From the NCBI GenBank assembly GCA_025355955.1, contig JANXYP010000200.1, positions 16,125-80,124 on the forward strand: a DNA stretch of 64,000 bases, in the 5' to 3' direction. Positions 28,013 through 38,001 of this stretch are shown here, piece after piece (positions within the stretch are counted from its first letter, which is position 1; every line of letters begins with the position of its first letter). The stretch comes from Chloroflexota bacterium (GTDB taxonomy: Bacteria; Chloroflexota; Chloroflexia; QHBQ01). Position numbers and translations under genes: made by a program. The notes under the pieces are model-generated. The model ran no database searches. It saw only the letters and a list, made by a program, of their open reading frames with translations, and had not been told where the DNA came from.

Positions 28013-31000
28013 CTACGGTTGCATCAGCCGGTACAGCACCCTGGCGATTTCGGCGCGGGTGATGTTGGCGTTGGGGTGGAACTGGCTGCCCGCATAGCCG
28101 CTGAACACTTGGTGGTAGGCGGCGGCCTCGATGTATATATACGCCCAGTAGTCGGGCGGCACATCGCTGAACAGCGGTGGAATCGGCGTGTTGGTGGCCC
28201 AGCCTTGCGCTTTCACCAGCATCCTGGCCGCCTCAGCGCGGCTAATGGTACGCACCGGGTTGAACATATGGTTGCCGTCGCCGCTGACCACTCCCCGCGC
28301 CGCCAGCGTCTCCACCCAGGGGTAGGCCCAGCTCCAGGGCAGCACATCGGCGAAGGTAGGTGCGGTAGGCGCGATTTGCGGCCAGCCCTCCGCCAGAGTA
28401 AGCAGCTTGGCAAACTCGGCGCGGCTGGTGGGGTTGTTGGGCCGGTAGGTGTTGTCGAGATAGCCGCTGACCACGTTCTGGCAGTAGAGGTACTGGATGT
28501 ACTGGTAGGCCCAGTAGCCAGTTGGCACGTCGTCGAGGTGGAAGTGGCAGGGGCGCGGCGTATCGCTCGGCTCCGGGGTGGGATTGCCGTAGCGGATGGT
28601 GACGGGAATGCCAATCAGTTGCGCCGCATTGCTGGGGCCGAGGAACGCCTGACCCTGCCAGATGCCGCTGGTCATGCCCGGCTTATTCCAGGCCAGGGTG
28701 AGGCCAACCTGCGAACCGGCCGGGATGGTGCCGCTGATCACTGCTGGTGTAAAGCTGAGATCGGTGCCGCCAATGGTGTTGATGGTCAGGTCGAAGTGGG
28801 TGCCAGCGCTGGGAATGTTGGTGCCGTCCACGCGGATGCGGTAGTCGCCATCCAGCGCCGGGCTGATGCGGATGAATTCGTCGCCGCTCGGCCCGGTCGA
28901 TGCGGCGATCTCGTTCCAGCGGTTGTTGAAGAAGCGATCGAGGAAGAGGTCGATGTCGGCATCGTTGTCGGCGTGGGTAGTGAGTTCGAGTGCGGCGGTG
29001 TTGGTTAGCGTCAGGTTGTCGAACCAGGTGCCATACTGTACCACGTACAGGTTGCGTAGGGTGCTTTGCTGGCTGAGGCCGAAGGCGCTGGTGCGTAGGC
29101 CATTGGGCAGGGTCAGGCCAGTGGTGAGCGTAATCGGCACGCTGCCGCTGCTGGAGTTGGTGCTGACATCCACGCTGGCGCTGCTGAGGTTGACGATGCC
29201 CAGCGTGTCGGTGAACGGCTCGGCGGGGGCGCGCCCGGCGTAGCCGACGTTGTGGTGGACGATCTCGTGCGCCGCCTGCACGTTGTTGAGGTGGGTGGAG
29301 ACCCACTCCTCGGTGGCGCCGGTCACGCTCTGGAAGGGGAAGATGCCGCCGCCGATCCAGGAATTGACGCTGCCGCCCAGCAGCCACTCAGGGTAGGGGC
29401 CGAACAGGTTGGGGTAGGTGGTAGAGAAGAAGTCCCAGGGCGCGGGGCCAAGCACCACCGTATCTATATCGGTGGGATAGTGATTCCATTTGGTGTTGAC
29501 CCAGAGGAAGTCGTTGCCGCCCACCTGCTGGGTGTTGTTGACAAAGAAATTGCGCCACTCGCCCGAGTCGGGCCGCCAGTTCCAGTCAATCGCGCCGCGC
29601 ACCTGCCCGCTATCGAAGATGCTGGCTGAGGGTGGCGTGCCGCCCAGGGTGGTGTCAAGTGCGGGAGCAACCACGTTGGCAGCGATGGGGATAGTCTGGG
29701 TGTAGGCAACGTGGCCGGGGCTGGGATGGGTGGCTACCGTGAGCGCGCCCTCATAGGTGCCGGGTGGCTGGCTAGATGGCGCGGTGAAACTGGCGACGAA
29801 GGTTGCCTGGCCATGCGCCGGCACGATAAGCTGCGTCGCGCTCAAATTGCTGACCATCGGCCATGCCTGGTGGTGGTAGAAGGTGGCTTTCAGGTTGATG
29901 GTGGTGGTGAGGATGTCGCCCGCATCGAAGCGGTGCTGCAAGCCGACGAAGAAGCCATCCTTGACCCGCTGCAAGGGCTGCTGCACCCACATCTGCAAGA
30001 TAGTGCCTGCATTATAGGCGTAGGCGAAGCGGTTGAACTCTCCGCTCTGATACTCGCCGTCGTTGACCACCCCATTGTGGTTGTCGTCGTGCCAGACGAT
30101 GCCGTCGTGGTTTTGGTCGTGCCAATCGTAGGCCAGCAGGCTCCAACTGCTCTGATTGCTGAGATAGAGCGAGGTGGGGGTAATCACGCTAAACTGCTCA
30201 TAGGGGAAGTAGGCGGTAAGCTGCACCAGGTCGGTGCCGAGCGGGATCTGGTTGCTGAGATTCCAGAGGTAATCGGGGCGGCTGAAGTTGGCGGGACTCT
30301 CATTGGTGATGCTGGTGGAAACCGACCAATCGAGGCTGCCGGTTGCCACCAGGTTGTCGCTGCCCAGATTGGCGGTGAGCGGTGCGGGGCTGGGGTTATT
30401 CAGGGTGAAGCTGCGAGTGAGGGTCAGGCCGGGAGTGATGAAGCCGATCGCGCCGGGGCTGCTGCTACCCACGTTCCAGGCTGAGGGGCTGGTGTAGAGG
30501 CCCGCATTTGCGGCGGCAATGTCCACCGTGCGACCAGCGTCTACCTGGCCTGCGCCCTGGGCGAACACATCGTAGTTGAGGTTCTTCGCCCCCGCTTTGA
30601 GGATGTCCTTCGCTACCTCGCCATCGGGGTAGTAGCCGTGCGCCGACTTGTATGCCTGATAGAGCAGCGCGGTTATGCCCGCCGCTTCGGGCGTAGACAT
30701 ACTGGTGCCGCCCCACAACACCCAGTCGTTCCAACCATCGTGGCCGCCGGAGGGAGCCAGCTCGTTAATCGGGATGTCACCGCTGCCCCACGCGCCCACC
30801 GATACAATATCCGGCTTGGGCTGGCCGCTGGCGGCGGGGCCGCGATTAGACCAGGGTTGCACATCGTTGAACTTGATCTGGTCGGTGCCGCTAATCGGGT
30901 CGAAGGTGGTGGTTTCGCCGTACTGGGTGGATGCGCCCACACTGATGACGTAGGGTGAGGTAGCCGGTGGCGTTACCGTGCCGTAGCCGGGGCCGCCGTT

Positions 31001-32803
31001 GCCGCTGGCGACCAGCACGGCGGTGTTGGGCGCGTACTGGCGCAGCAGCGCAGACAGATAGCGCGATTGGAAGTCCCAGCCATTATCCGCGCCGCCGGAG
31101 AAGCCGAAGCTGAGGCTGACAACCTGGGCATCGTCGCCGCTGCCGGGGATGCCATCGTAACCGTAGGTCATCAGCATATAAGCGTCGTAGATAGTCTGTA
31201 CGCTCTGGTAGATATTGCCGATGGCGATCAGTTTAGCGTGCGGCGCGGTGCCTTGCACCATACCGCCCACGCCCGCGGGTTTGTAGGGGGGATAGCCGTC
31301 ATGATGCCCGTCAATCACTCCTTGCGCCACAATCGAAGAGGCGCACAGGGTGCCGTGATCCTGGCCGTAGCCAAAGCTGCCCATCATCGCCACCAGGCTG
31401 CCATTGGCGGGCGGCAACTCGGCGTAGAGCCAGTCGCTGGCGGGGATGGGGGTGTGGCCGTCGGCGACGAAGTAGAGCATCCCGGTACTGCGGTCGGCGT
31501 AGCCGTCACCATTGTAGTCGCGGGTGGCAACCTCGTGACCCTTGTACAACGGGTCATCGTCGCGGAAGTCGTGGTTGTTGTTGAGATCCACGATCACAGT
31601 GTCGTACACACCTGCGGTGTGCGCGTCTACCACCAGCACAGCGGGATACTCGTGGTAGGTATCGTAGACCAGGTTCTCGTCGGGGTGGATGCCGATGTGG
31701 TAAATACCGCTCTTGCTGGTGCCGGGCAGAGTGTAGGTGTGGCTGATGGGAGAGAGGCCCAGGTCGCTCTCCGCTGCGGTGGTGAACACTGCGGTCGCGC
31801 CGCTGACGGTCGTGCTGGTGTCAATATACCACGAACCCCAGCCAGTGATCGCGCTGCTGACGTTGTGGCTGATGCCGTAGTTGTAAAGCTCCATGCTCCA
31901 AGGGTCGTAGGCTAGCGGCCAGCCATAGTATGGCGAGTTGGGGTTGTCGTCGCGGGCATAGGTGTTCTGCAAATCGGGATGACCGAAGTCCACGCCGGTA
32001 TCCAGCAGCGCGACCTTCACTCCGTCGCCTTGGTAGCCTGCGTTCCAGGCGCTATGCACGTTCATTACGTCGAGCGCGTGCCAACTGTCGGGCGACCCGG
32101 ATGAGTTTTGAGATTTGAGATTTGAGTTTTGAGTTGGGCTATTGGCTGCTGAGGATGTCTTATCTGCGGTTGTAGGGGCGAACCGTTGTTCGCCCTGCTG
32201 AAGCAGCACGGACCCCTTCCCAACCTCCCCTGGTGGGGGAAGGGTTTTGCTTTGAGTGCCGAGGGTGGGGCGTTGGGGCAACGATGGGGGATTGGGTTTC
32301 GCTGACCCCGCTCTGCAATTTGCAATCTGCACTCCGCAATCCGGCAGCGGTGGCACTTCGACCGCGCTGTTATCCATCACCTGCACCACATTGGCAGGGA
32401 CAGCCAGCTTCAACACCTGGCTGGCGGCTACCGCGCCGAAGTTGAAGACCAGGCCGTTAGGGTCGGGGCGGCGGGAGACACGGTTCTGCAGCGGCACGCT
32501 CTGAGGCAACGCGCCGACACTGACCACGATGACGCTGAGACGCTCACTATCCTGGGCAGCGGCGGCCTTGTCGCGCAGCATCGGGCTGACTTTCTGTTTG
32601 AGCGGGTCGCTGGCGGCGGTGACTTGACCCAACTTCTGCGCGGCTGGCACAGCGGGGGCGTGCTGCATATCGGCAGGGGCGGGCGGCTGGGGCGGCAATG
32701 GCCCATAAGGGGCCGACTGGGCTAGCAACGCGGGCAGCATCAGAGCCAACAGCAGGGGTATGATAAAGCGTACCCGGCGGTGAGAGGTGGTAGGCAGTTT
32801 CAA
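28013..32803 (-). CDS. Secreted S8 subtilase with PPC-like and C-terminal SLH domains
   Basis: LDTGVD, HGT, ASGNGG and GGTSMS catalytic motifs; 3 SLH repeats; TTG start at 32803 with GGAG RBS and signal peptide. Confidence 0.9.
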   Translation of the reverse strand: MKLPTTSHRRVRFIIPLLLALMLPALLAQSAPYGPLPPQPPAPADMQHAPAVPAAQKLGQVTAASDPLKQKVSPMLRDKAAAAQDSERLSVIVVSVGALPQSVPLQNRVSRRPDPNGLVFNFGAVAASQVLKLAVPANVVQVMDNSAVEVPPLPDCGVQIANCRAGSAKPNPPSLPQRPTLGTQSKTLPPPGEVGKGSVLLQQGEQRFAPTTADKTSSAANSPTQNSNLKSQNSSGSPDSWHALDVMNVHSAWNAGYQGDGVKVALLDTGVDFGHPDLQNTYARDDNPNSPYYGWPLAYDPWSMELYNYGISHNVSSAITGWGSWYIDTSTTVSGATAVFTTAAESDLGLSPISHTYTLPGTSKSGIYHIGIHPDENLVYDTYHEYPAVLVVDAHTAGVYDTVIVDLNNNHDFRDDDPLYKGHEVATRDYNGDGYADRSTGMLYFVADGHTPIPASDWLYAELPPANGSLVAMMGSFGYGQDHGTLCASSIVAQGVIDGHHDGYPPYKPAGVGGMVQGTAPHAKLIAIGNIYQSVQTIYDAYMLMTYGYDGIPGSGDDAQVVSLSFGFSGGADNGWDFQSRYLSALLRQYAPNTAVLVASGNGGPGYGTVTPPATSPYVISVGASTQYGETTTFDPISGTDQIKFNDVQPWSNRGPAASGQPKPDIVSVGAWGSGDIPINELAPSGGHDGWNDWVLWGGTSMSTPEAAGITALLYQAYKSAHGYYPDGEVAKDILKAGAKNLNYDVFAQGAGQVDAGRTVDIAAANAGLYTSPSAWNVGSSSPGAIGFITPGLTLTRSFTLNNPSPAPLTANLGSDNLVATGSLDWSVSTSITNESPANFSRPDYLWNLSNQIPLGTDLVQLTAYFPYEQFSVITPTSLYLSNQSSWSLLAYDWHDQNHDGIVWHDDNHNGVVNDGEYQSGEFNRFAYAYNAGTILQMWVQQPLQRVKDGFFVGLQHRFDAGDILTTTINLKATFYHHQAWPMVSNLSATQLIVPAHGQATFVASFTAPSSQPPGTYEGALTVATHPSPGHVAYTQTIPIAANVVAPALDTTLGGTPPSASIFDSGQVRGAIDWNWRPDSGEWRNFFVNNTQQVGGNDFLWVNTKWNHYPTDIDTVVLGPAPWDFFSTTYPNLFGPYPEWLLGGSVNSWIGGGIFPFQSVTGATEEWVSTHLNNVQAAHEIVHHNVGYAGRAPAEPFTDTLGIVNLSSASVDVSTNSSSGSVPITLTTGLTLPNGLRTSAFGLSQQSTLRNLYVVQYGTWFDNLTLTNTAALELTTHADNDADIDLFLDRFFNNRWNEIAASTGPSGDEFIRISPALDGDYRIRVDGTNIPSAGTHFDLTINTIGGTDLSFTPAVISGTIPAGSQVGLTLAWNKPGMTSGIWQGQAFLGPSNAAQLIGIPVTIRYGNPTPEPSDTPRPCHFHLDDVPTGYWAYQYIQYLYCQNVVSGYLDNTYRPNNPTSRAEFAKLLTLAEGWPQIAPTAPTFADVLPWSWAYPWVETLAARGVVSGDGNHMFNPVRTISRAEAARMLVKAQGWATNTPIPPLFSDVPPDYWAYIYIEAAAYHQVFSGYAGSQFHPNANITRAEIARVLYRLMQP

Positions 32804-32857
32804 AGTAGGTCTCCAATCCAGAGGGGGAAGAAGGGGCGGTTCGCAGCTACTAAACCC

Positions 32858-32886
32858 AGTATAAAACAGCGAGGACGGGTTGTCAA
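32858..32886 (-). promoter_or_regulatory. sigma70 promoter of the S8 protease gene
   Basis: TTGACA-17-TATACT; supports the shorter start. Confidence 0.7.
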
Positions 32887-32929
32887 TCAGTGTGTTGCAA
32901 GGGGTGCAATTCACAGTTTTGCGATCATC

Positions 32930-33123
32930 GGGGCGGATGGCGTTCGCCCCTACGTCGACATTGGTGCTGGCGATGGGGATTGATGCGCTTCGAGCGGGCG
33001 GGCAGCCGCCCGCCCCTACCCCAACATTCGTGCTTTCGATGAGCATTGGTGCGCTTCGAGCGGGCGTATGCCATGCGCCCCTACACCAACATTGACGCTC
33101 ATGATGGGCATTGATGCGCCGCA
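32930..33123. repeat. BIME-like array of 3 GTAG REP hairpins with conserved linkers (~65 bp period)
   Basis: GGGCG-N-CGCCCCTAC x3 separated by ACATT..GCT..GATG..ATTG.TGCGC. Confidence 0.8.
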
Positions 33124-33192
33124 CTGACGCACAAAGGTATTGGCCAAGGGCCATTCTCAGCAGCTACGTATGCAACTACCAACAGCGTTTCA

Positions 33193-34212
33193 TTATTCAA
33201 GCTCATCGGCCTCCTGCGTAGAAAGGTGATTGGCACTTTGTTTCCACACATTACTTCGATGCCAATCGAGCACCTCTTTAGGAGGACATATAGCTTCATT
33301 ATTGGGCAGCAGTATTTGCTTGCCATCCATGTTCATTAGATCGAAGTTGTTGGTATCTGCTATCATCAACACGGGGCTAAGAGTTATTCTATAATCATCA
33401 GTTAGGGTGAACAGTCCGTTATCAAAAGCCCAGTGGTGAGTACGGCACAACGCCAAGCCATTACGTGGGTCATCTGTACTATTCTGCTCTTTCGGCACAA
33501 TGTGCGCTGCTGTAACCTCTGACAAACCACCAAGCTGAACCTTCAAGCCGCAAACAGCACATGTATAATCGTACTCACGCAGAACCAAACGACGAAAGGC
33601 ACTGTCTCTTTGGGGCGAGGTTGCAGTGTAACTGACTCGCTTCTCTTCAATGAATAGCTGAAACTCATCGCTCAAATGAGCATATAGTTGTACTTCTTGG
33701 CTAGCATCTTCCGTATCTGGTATTTGTGATATCTCCATTAGAGAGGAATCATCAATGCCTACAATAACAAACCGATCTTCATCTGAATTATAACTTTCAA
33801 TTAGCCCCAATCCCAGAATTTTATAGGTACAACCTTGTAGCTTGTCGTATTTGTCTGTTAGACGCTCAAGCACAACGAGAGGAACTTTATCGCTCATGCA
33901 TTTCAACAAAGCATTTTTGTCTGACATAGCAGACCTATCATTAGGACTAGTAGGTGGTGAGTAGGTAATACTCCATCGTCCATCTTGAAGATACGAGATG
34001 CTATCTTTATTACCATATCGGCTATCTGCAATGATTTTTACAGACAGGGCATACTCGGAACCTTTCGGCTTATAGACACCTCTGGCTCTAGTGACCAAAT
34101 ACTTTAGTTCAGGAACATACAAAGATATGTTTTCGATATAGGTGCAAGGAAGGGATCTTCCCGTGTACTTAACAAGCTTCGTAAGAGCTTTAGCACGTTG
34201 CTCGTTAGGCAT
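33193..34212 (-). CDS. HNH endonuclease with a putative SRA/PUA-like N-terminus (candidate restriction or defence nuclease)
   Basis: FR..VL..Y...CAVCG, AAHI.P, NGLALC..HH.AFD.G and LDWH; markedly AT-rich. Confidence 0.8.
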   Translation of the reverse strand: MPNEQRAKALTKLVKYTGRSLPCTYIENISLYVPELKYLVTRARGVYKPKGSEYALSVKIIADSRYGNKDSISYLQDGRWSITYSPPTSPNDRSAMSDKNALLKCMSDKVPLVVLERLTDKYDKLQGCTYKILGLGLIESYNSDEDRFVIVGIDDSSLMEISQIPDTEDASQEVQLYAHLSDEFQLFIEEKRVSYTATSPQRDSAFRRLVLREYDYTCAVCGLKVQLGGLSEVTAAHIVPKEQNSTDDPRNGLALCRTHHWAFDNGLFTLTDDYRITLSPVLMIADTNNFDLMNMDGKQILLPNNEAICPPKEVLDWHRSNVWKQSANHLSTQEADELE

Positions 34213-34296
34213 ATTATACCTTCCCATCGATGGCGCTAAAGGCGGTAACGCTTGGTTTTGTCACCGCCTTTGCTATGCCGCTTTGTAGTCTGATGT

Positions 34297-35190
34297 TTAG
34301 CCCTTGACCGAACCGGCCAGCAGCCCGCGCACGAAGTAGCGGCTGAGGAAGATATAGAGTATCAGCGGCGGCAGTGCGGCGATGATTGCGCCTGCCATCT
34401 GCACATTCCACTGCACACTGTAGCTGCCCGCCAGGTTCTGGAGCGCGACGGTAATCGGCTGCGAACTGGGGTTGCTGACCAGATTGATGGCGAACAGGAA
34501 CTCGTTCCACACCGCGGTGAACTGCCAGATCAGCACCACGATGAAGCCGGGTACCGAGATGGGGAAAAGGATGTGGCGATAGATACCGAAGAAGCCTGCG
34601 CCATCGATGCGTCCCGCCTCGACCAACTCGGTTGGCACGCCCGCATAGTAGTTACGGAAGATCAGGGTGCAAATGGGCAGGCCGTAAATGACATGGGTGA
34701 GAATCAGGCCATACAGGTTGCCGTAGAGGTGTATGGCGCTCAAGGTGCGGGTCAAGGGGATGAGGATGGCCTGATATGGGATGAACATCCCGTACAGGAT
34801 GAGCGGGAAGATGATGTTCGCGCCGGGGAATTGCCACTTCGCCAGCACGTAACCATTGAGCGAACCGATGATCGCGGTAATCAAAGTAGCGGGAATAACC
34901 AGCTCGAAGCTGTTGAAAAAGCTGCCAGCCAGGCCGGTAATGGATTGGGACTCGCTGCCAAACCAGGCATCGCGGAAGCTGTCGAGGCTGAAGCCAGTGG
35001 GCAGGGTCCACATATGGCTGAGGTTCACCTCAGTGTACGCTTTGAGGCTGGTGGTGACCAGGATGTAGACTGGCAGCAAATAGAAGACGGTGAACATCAG
35101 CAGCACCGCATAGATAACAATGCGCCAGGGATTGAAGCGGCGGGGCGGGGCGGTATAGACCGCTGGTGGGTTGGTGGCAATCGCGCTCAT
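34297..35190 (-). CDS. Carbohydrate ABC transporter permease
   Basis: ELVEAGRIDGA (EAA motif), WNEFL and GLLAGSVKG. Confidence 0.92.
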   Translation of the reverse strand: MSAIATNPPAVYTAPPRRFNPWRIVIYAVLLMFTVFYLLPVYILVTTSLKAYTEVNLSHMWTLPTGFSLDSFRDAWFGSESQSITGLAGSFFNSFELVIPATLITAIIGSLNGYVLAKWQFPGANIIFPLILYGMFIPYQAILIPLTRTLSAIHLYGNLYGLILTHVIYGLPICTLIFRNYYAGVPTELVEAGRIDGAGFFGIYRHILFPISVPGFIVVLIWQFTAVWNEFLFAINLVSNPSSQPITVALQNLAGSYSVQWNVQMAGAIIAALPPLILYIFLSRYFVRGLLAGSVKG

Positions 35191-36122
35191 TGCTTCACCT
35201 CGTTTCGGAAGTTGAAGATCAGGTAGGGGATGATCAGGATGCTGACCAGGATGAGCAGAATCATGGCAATGGCTGCGCCACTGGAATACTCGTTAGCCGC
35301 GATGGTGTCGAACATATTGAGGGCGGGTACATCGGTGCCAAAGGCGGGGCCATGGCCGCTCATGGCGAACACCAGGTCGAAAATCTTGAGCGAGATATGG
35401 CCGAGGATGATCACCGCGCTGAGGGTAATCGGCTGCAGCAAAGGAAAGATGATGCTACGGAACACCTGCCACTCGGTTGCGCCGTCCACGCGGGCAGCCT
35501 CGCGGATTTCGTCGGGGATGGCGCGCAGGCCCGCAATGTACATCGCCATCACATAGCCTGACATCTGCCATACCGCCGCTAGCGCCACCGAGAAGATGCC
35601 GCTATCGGCGTTGGAGAACCAGGTCCAGGTGAGGGGGTCGAGGTTGAACAATTGATCCACGCCATGTGGATCGCCTGCGGTGCCAGGCGAGAGCAGCCAA
35701 CGCCAGGCCACGCCAGTTACGATGAATGAGATCGCCAGCGGAAACATGAAAATATTGCGGAAGATAGCTTCGCCCTTGACCTTTTGATCGAGCAGGATGG
35801 CGAGCAGCAGCCCAATCGCAAGGCAGACGACCAGGAAAGCGATGGTAAAGAACAGGGTGTTACGCAAGTCTTGCTGGAAGCGGAAGGTACTAAACAACTG
35901 CTGATAGTTTTGCAAGCCAACGAACTTGTTCGTATAGTTGGATTGGTTCCAATCGATGACCGAGATGTAGGCACTCGCTCCAATGAAGAAATAAACGAAG
36001 ATGGCGATGGCGATTATTGAGGGAGCGATGACCGCGATGGAGATAATCCGATCAATTCTAACCCGCCGTTTCTTCGGCTCGTAGGGGGCAACAGCAGTCA
36101 TTACCGTATCTGCCTGGCTCAT
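35187..36122 (-). CDS. Carbohydrate ABC transporter permease
   Basis: FVGLQNY, EAARVDGA and LKIFDLV. Confidence 0.92.
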   Translation of the reverse strand: MSQADTVMTAVAPYEPKKRRVRIDRIISIAVIAPSIIAIAIFVYFFIGASAYISVIDWNQSNYTNKFVGLQNYQQLFSTFRFQQDLRNTLFFTIAFLVVCLAIGLLLAILLDQKVKGEAIFRNIFMFPLAISFIVTGVAWRWLLSPGTAGDPHGVDQLFNLDPLTWTWFSNADSGIFSVALAAVWQMSGYVMAMYIAGLRAIPDEIREAARVDGATEWQVFRSIIFPLLQPITLSAVIILGHISLKIFDLVFAMSGHGPAFGTDVPALNMFDTIAANEYSSGAAIAMILLILVSILIIPYLIFNFRNEVKQ

Positions 36123-36189
36123 GTTATGCTCCTAAAGAATGGGGCGGCCAGAGCTGACCGCCCCATTACCCTGAAAGTAGCGGTTAGCC

Positions 36190-37629
36190 TTACTTGCCCA
36201 TTGCAGTCGCTGCGGCAGTTACCAGTTGGGACTGGGTAGCCGTAACATCCTGCTTGGTAACGAAAGCATTGACCGCATCGGTGTAGTCCTTGACCCAGCT
36301 TGGCTTCGCGGCAGCACCGTGGACAACGCTAGGAACAATCGTGTCCTTGGTCCAGTCGCTCATCGCGCTCTTGAGGTAGTCGTTGTAGCTGGGTTGACCG
36401 GCGGCTGGCTTACCGGCATCGGTGCGGGCCGGAATCGAACCCTTGAGCGGGTTGAAGATGTCCTGACCCTGCTGCGAACCAGCCAGCTTCAGCCAGGCGA
36501 TGGCGTTGTCACGATCAGGTGCGCCCTTCGGCAGAGCGAAAGTGTCGGACAGCGCATCGTAGATGCCCTTGGTACCGGGGGCGTTAACCCAGCCGTAGTT
36601 GGTGAAGTTCTTGGCGATATAGTCGGCGTTGGCCCAGTCGCCCATGATGGTCATAGCGGCCTTGCCGGAGATGACTTCGCTGTTGGCCTGGTCCCAGCTC
36701 AACGAAGCGTGGTCGGAGTTGATGTAGCCTAGCATCTTCTTGAAGGTGTTGAGCGCTTCGGTGACCTTGGGGTCGTCCCACTTGGTCGTGCCAGTCCACA
36801 GACCCTTCCAGCCATCTGCGCCGAGGGTGCCGAGCAGCACAGTCTCCATAAGGTGCGGGGCAGCGAAGCTATCCTTGTCGCCGAGGGCCAGCGCGGCAAT
36901 ACCTTTGGCCTTGAGCGCATCGGCGGCGGTGAAGAAGTCAGCGAAGGTCGCGGGCGGCTGCAGGTTGTTGTCGCTGAACACCTTCTTGTTGTACCATAGT
37001 ACGTTGGCGCGATGGATGTTGACCGGCACCGACCAGTAGTGCTTGGTGCCGTTGGCATCGGTGGAAGAGACGATGTCGAGAACGCCCTGGGGGAAGGTCT
37101 TGGTCCAACCCTCGGACTGATAAAGGCTGGACAGATCCTCGACCTGACCGGCAGCGACGGGGCCGTCAATCAGTTCGTGGCCCATATGGATCTGGAAGGC
37201 ATCGGGTGGGTTGTTGTTCTGCAAACGGTTGTTCAGTACCGCGTGAGCATCCTGGCCCGCTCCGCCTGCCACCGCCGAGTTGACGATGTTGACGTTCGGG
37301 TAGGTGACGTTATAAGCCTGATACAGCTTCTTGAGACCGGCTGCCTCACCGCCGGTGCTCCACCAGGAGAACATCTCAAGTTTGCCGGTAAGGCTGGAAT
37401 TGCTGGTGCCAGTCATCACTGCTGTGCCAGTCATCACTGCCGTACTTGCCATTACGGGTGTGTTCGCCATTACGGCTGTGTTCGCCATTACGGGTGTGCT
37501 GCCGCCGCTGCCAGTAGCCGCGCCCGCGCTAGGGGTCGATGTGCCATTGTCGCCGCCGCAGGCAGCGAGCAGGGGTAGCAGCATCAGGATGCTAGCCAGG
37601 GTTAGGATGTTATACTTGGGTTTCCGCAC
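36190..37629 (-). CDS. Sugar ABC substrate-binding lipoprotein (glucose/mannose-type)
   Basis: LAAC lipobox; FSWW..GGE, VPVNIHRAN, MGDWA and FNPLKGSIPAR; GTG start with AGGAGG. Confidence 0.9.
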   Translation of the reverse strand: MRKPKYNILTLASILMLLPLLAACGGDNGTSTPSAGAATGSGGSTPVMANTAVMANTPVMASTAVMTGTAVMTGTSNSSLTGKLEMFSWWSTGGEAAGLKKLYQAYNVTYPNVNIVNSAVAGGAGQDAHAVLNNRLQNNNPPDAFQIHMGHELIDGPVAAGQVEDLSSLYQSEGWTKTFPQGVLDIVSSTDANGTKHYWSVPVNIHRANVLWYNKKVFSDNNLQPPATFADFFTAADALKAKGIAALALGDKDSFAAPHLMETVLLGTLGADGWKGLWTGTTKWDDPKVTEALNTFKKMLGYINSDHASLSWDQANSEVISGKAAMTIMGDWANADYIAKNFTNYGWVNAPGTKGIYDALSDTFALPKGAPDRDNAIAWLKLAGSQQGQDIFNPLKGSIPARTDAGKPAAGQPSYNDYLKSAMSDWTKDTIVPSVVHGAAAKPSWVKDYTDAVNAFVTKQDVTATQSQLVTAAATAMGK

Positions 37630-37828
37630 TGAAGTTCCTCCTTGGGAATGATAACCTACATAGTTGAGTCGGGCGCTATAAAGCGCTGTTGGCGTACCCC
37701 CACGCACTCTGCCGATGAGGCGGCTTTGCCAAACCGGGTGTGCAGAAGCGAGGCTGCCGCGCTGAGGCTAGGGCAGCCGGTTGCTACGGCAATCGGGTTG
37801 GGCAAATCAGGGGGTGGCTGGTTGCAAC

Positions 37829-37873
37829 TTGCAACGTTAGTGCCATTTTAGTCGGGCTTGTTCATTTTGTCAA
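37829..37873 (-). promoter_or_regulatory. Promoter of the ABC operon with a candidate LacI-type operator
   Basis: TTGACA-17-TAAAAT (37873-37845); TGCAACGTTAG around +1. Confidence 0.55.
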
Positions 37874-37971
37874 GTCGCGGTACATACCAATTTGTGGCGA
37901 GGCCAGGCCGCCGTCCAAATCGGGATCCGGTTTCATCGGCCACCCGACAATTTGCCTTAGATGCGCTGTGC

Positions 37972-38001
37972 TTGACAAAAGCACTATGTCGGTGCTACAC
38001 T
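37972..38001 (+). promoter_or_regulatory. Promoter of the sulfurtransferase gene
   Basis: TTGACA-18-TACACT with extended TG. Confidence 0.55.

Noticed and set aside
32804..33154. N-terminal extension of the S8 ORF in the track (similarly those at 4775, 8170, 12734, 24502, 54453 and 56033)
   Set aside because: The extensions run through promoters or repeats; downstream starts fit the RBS, signal peptide or family N-terminus better.
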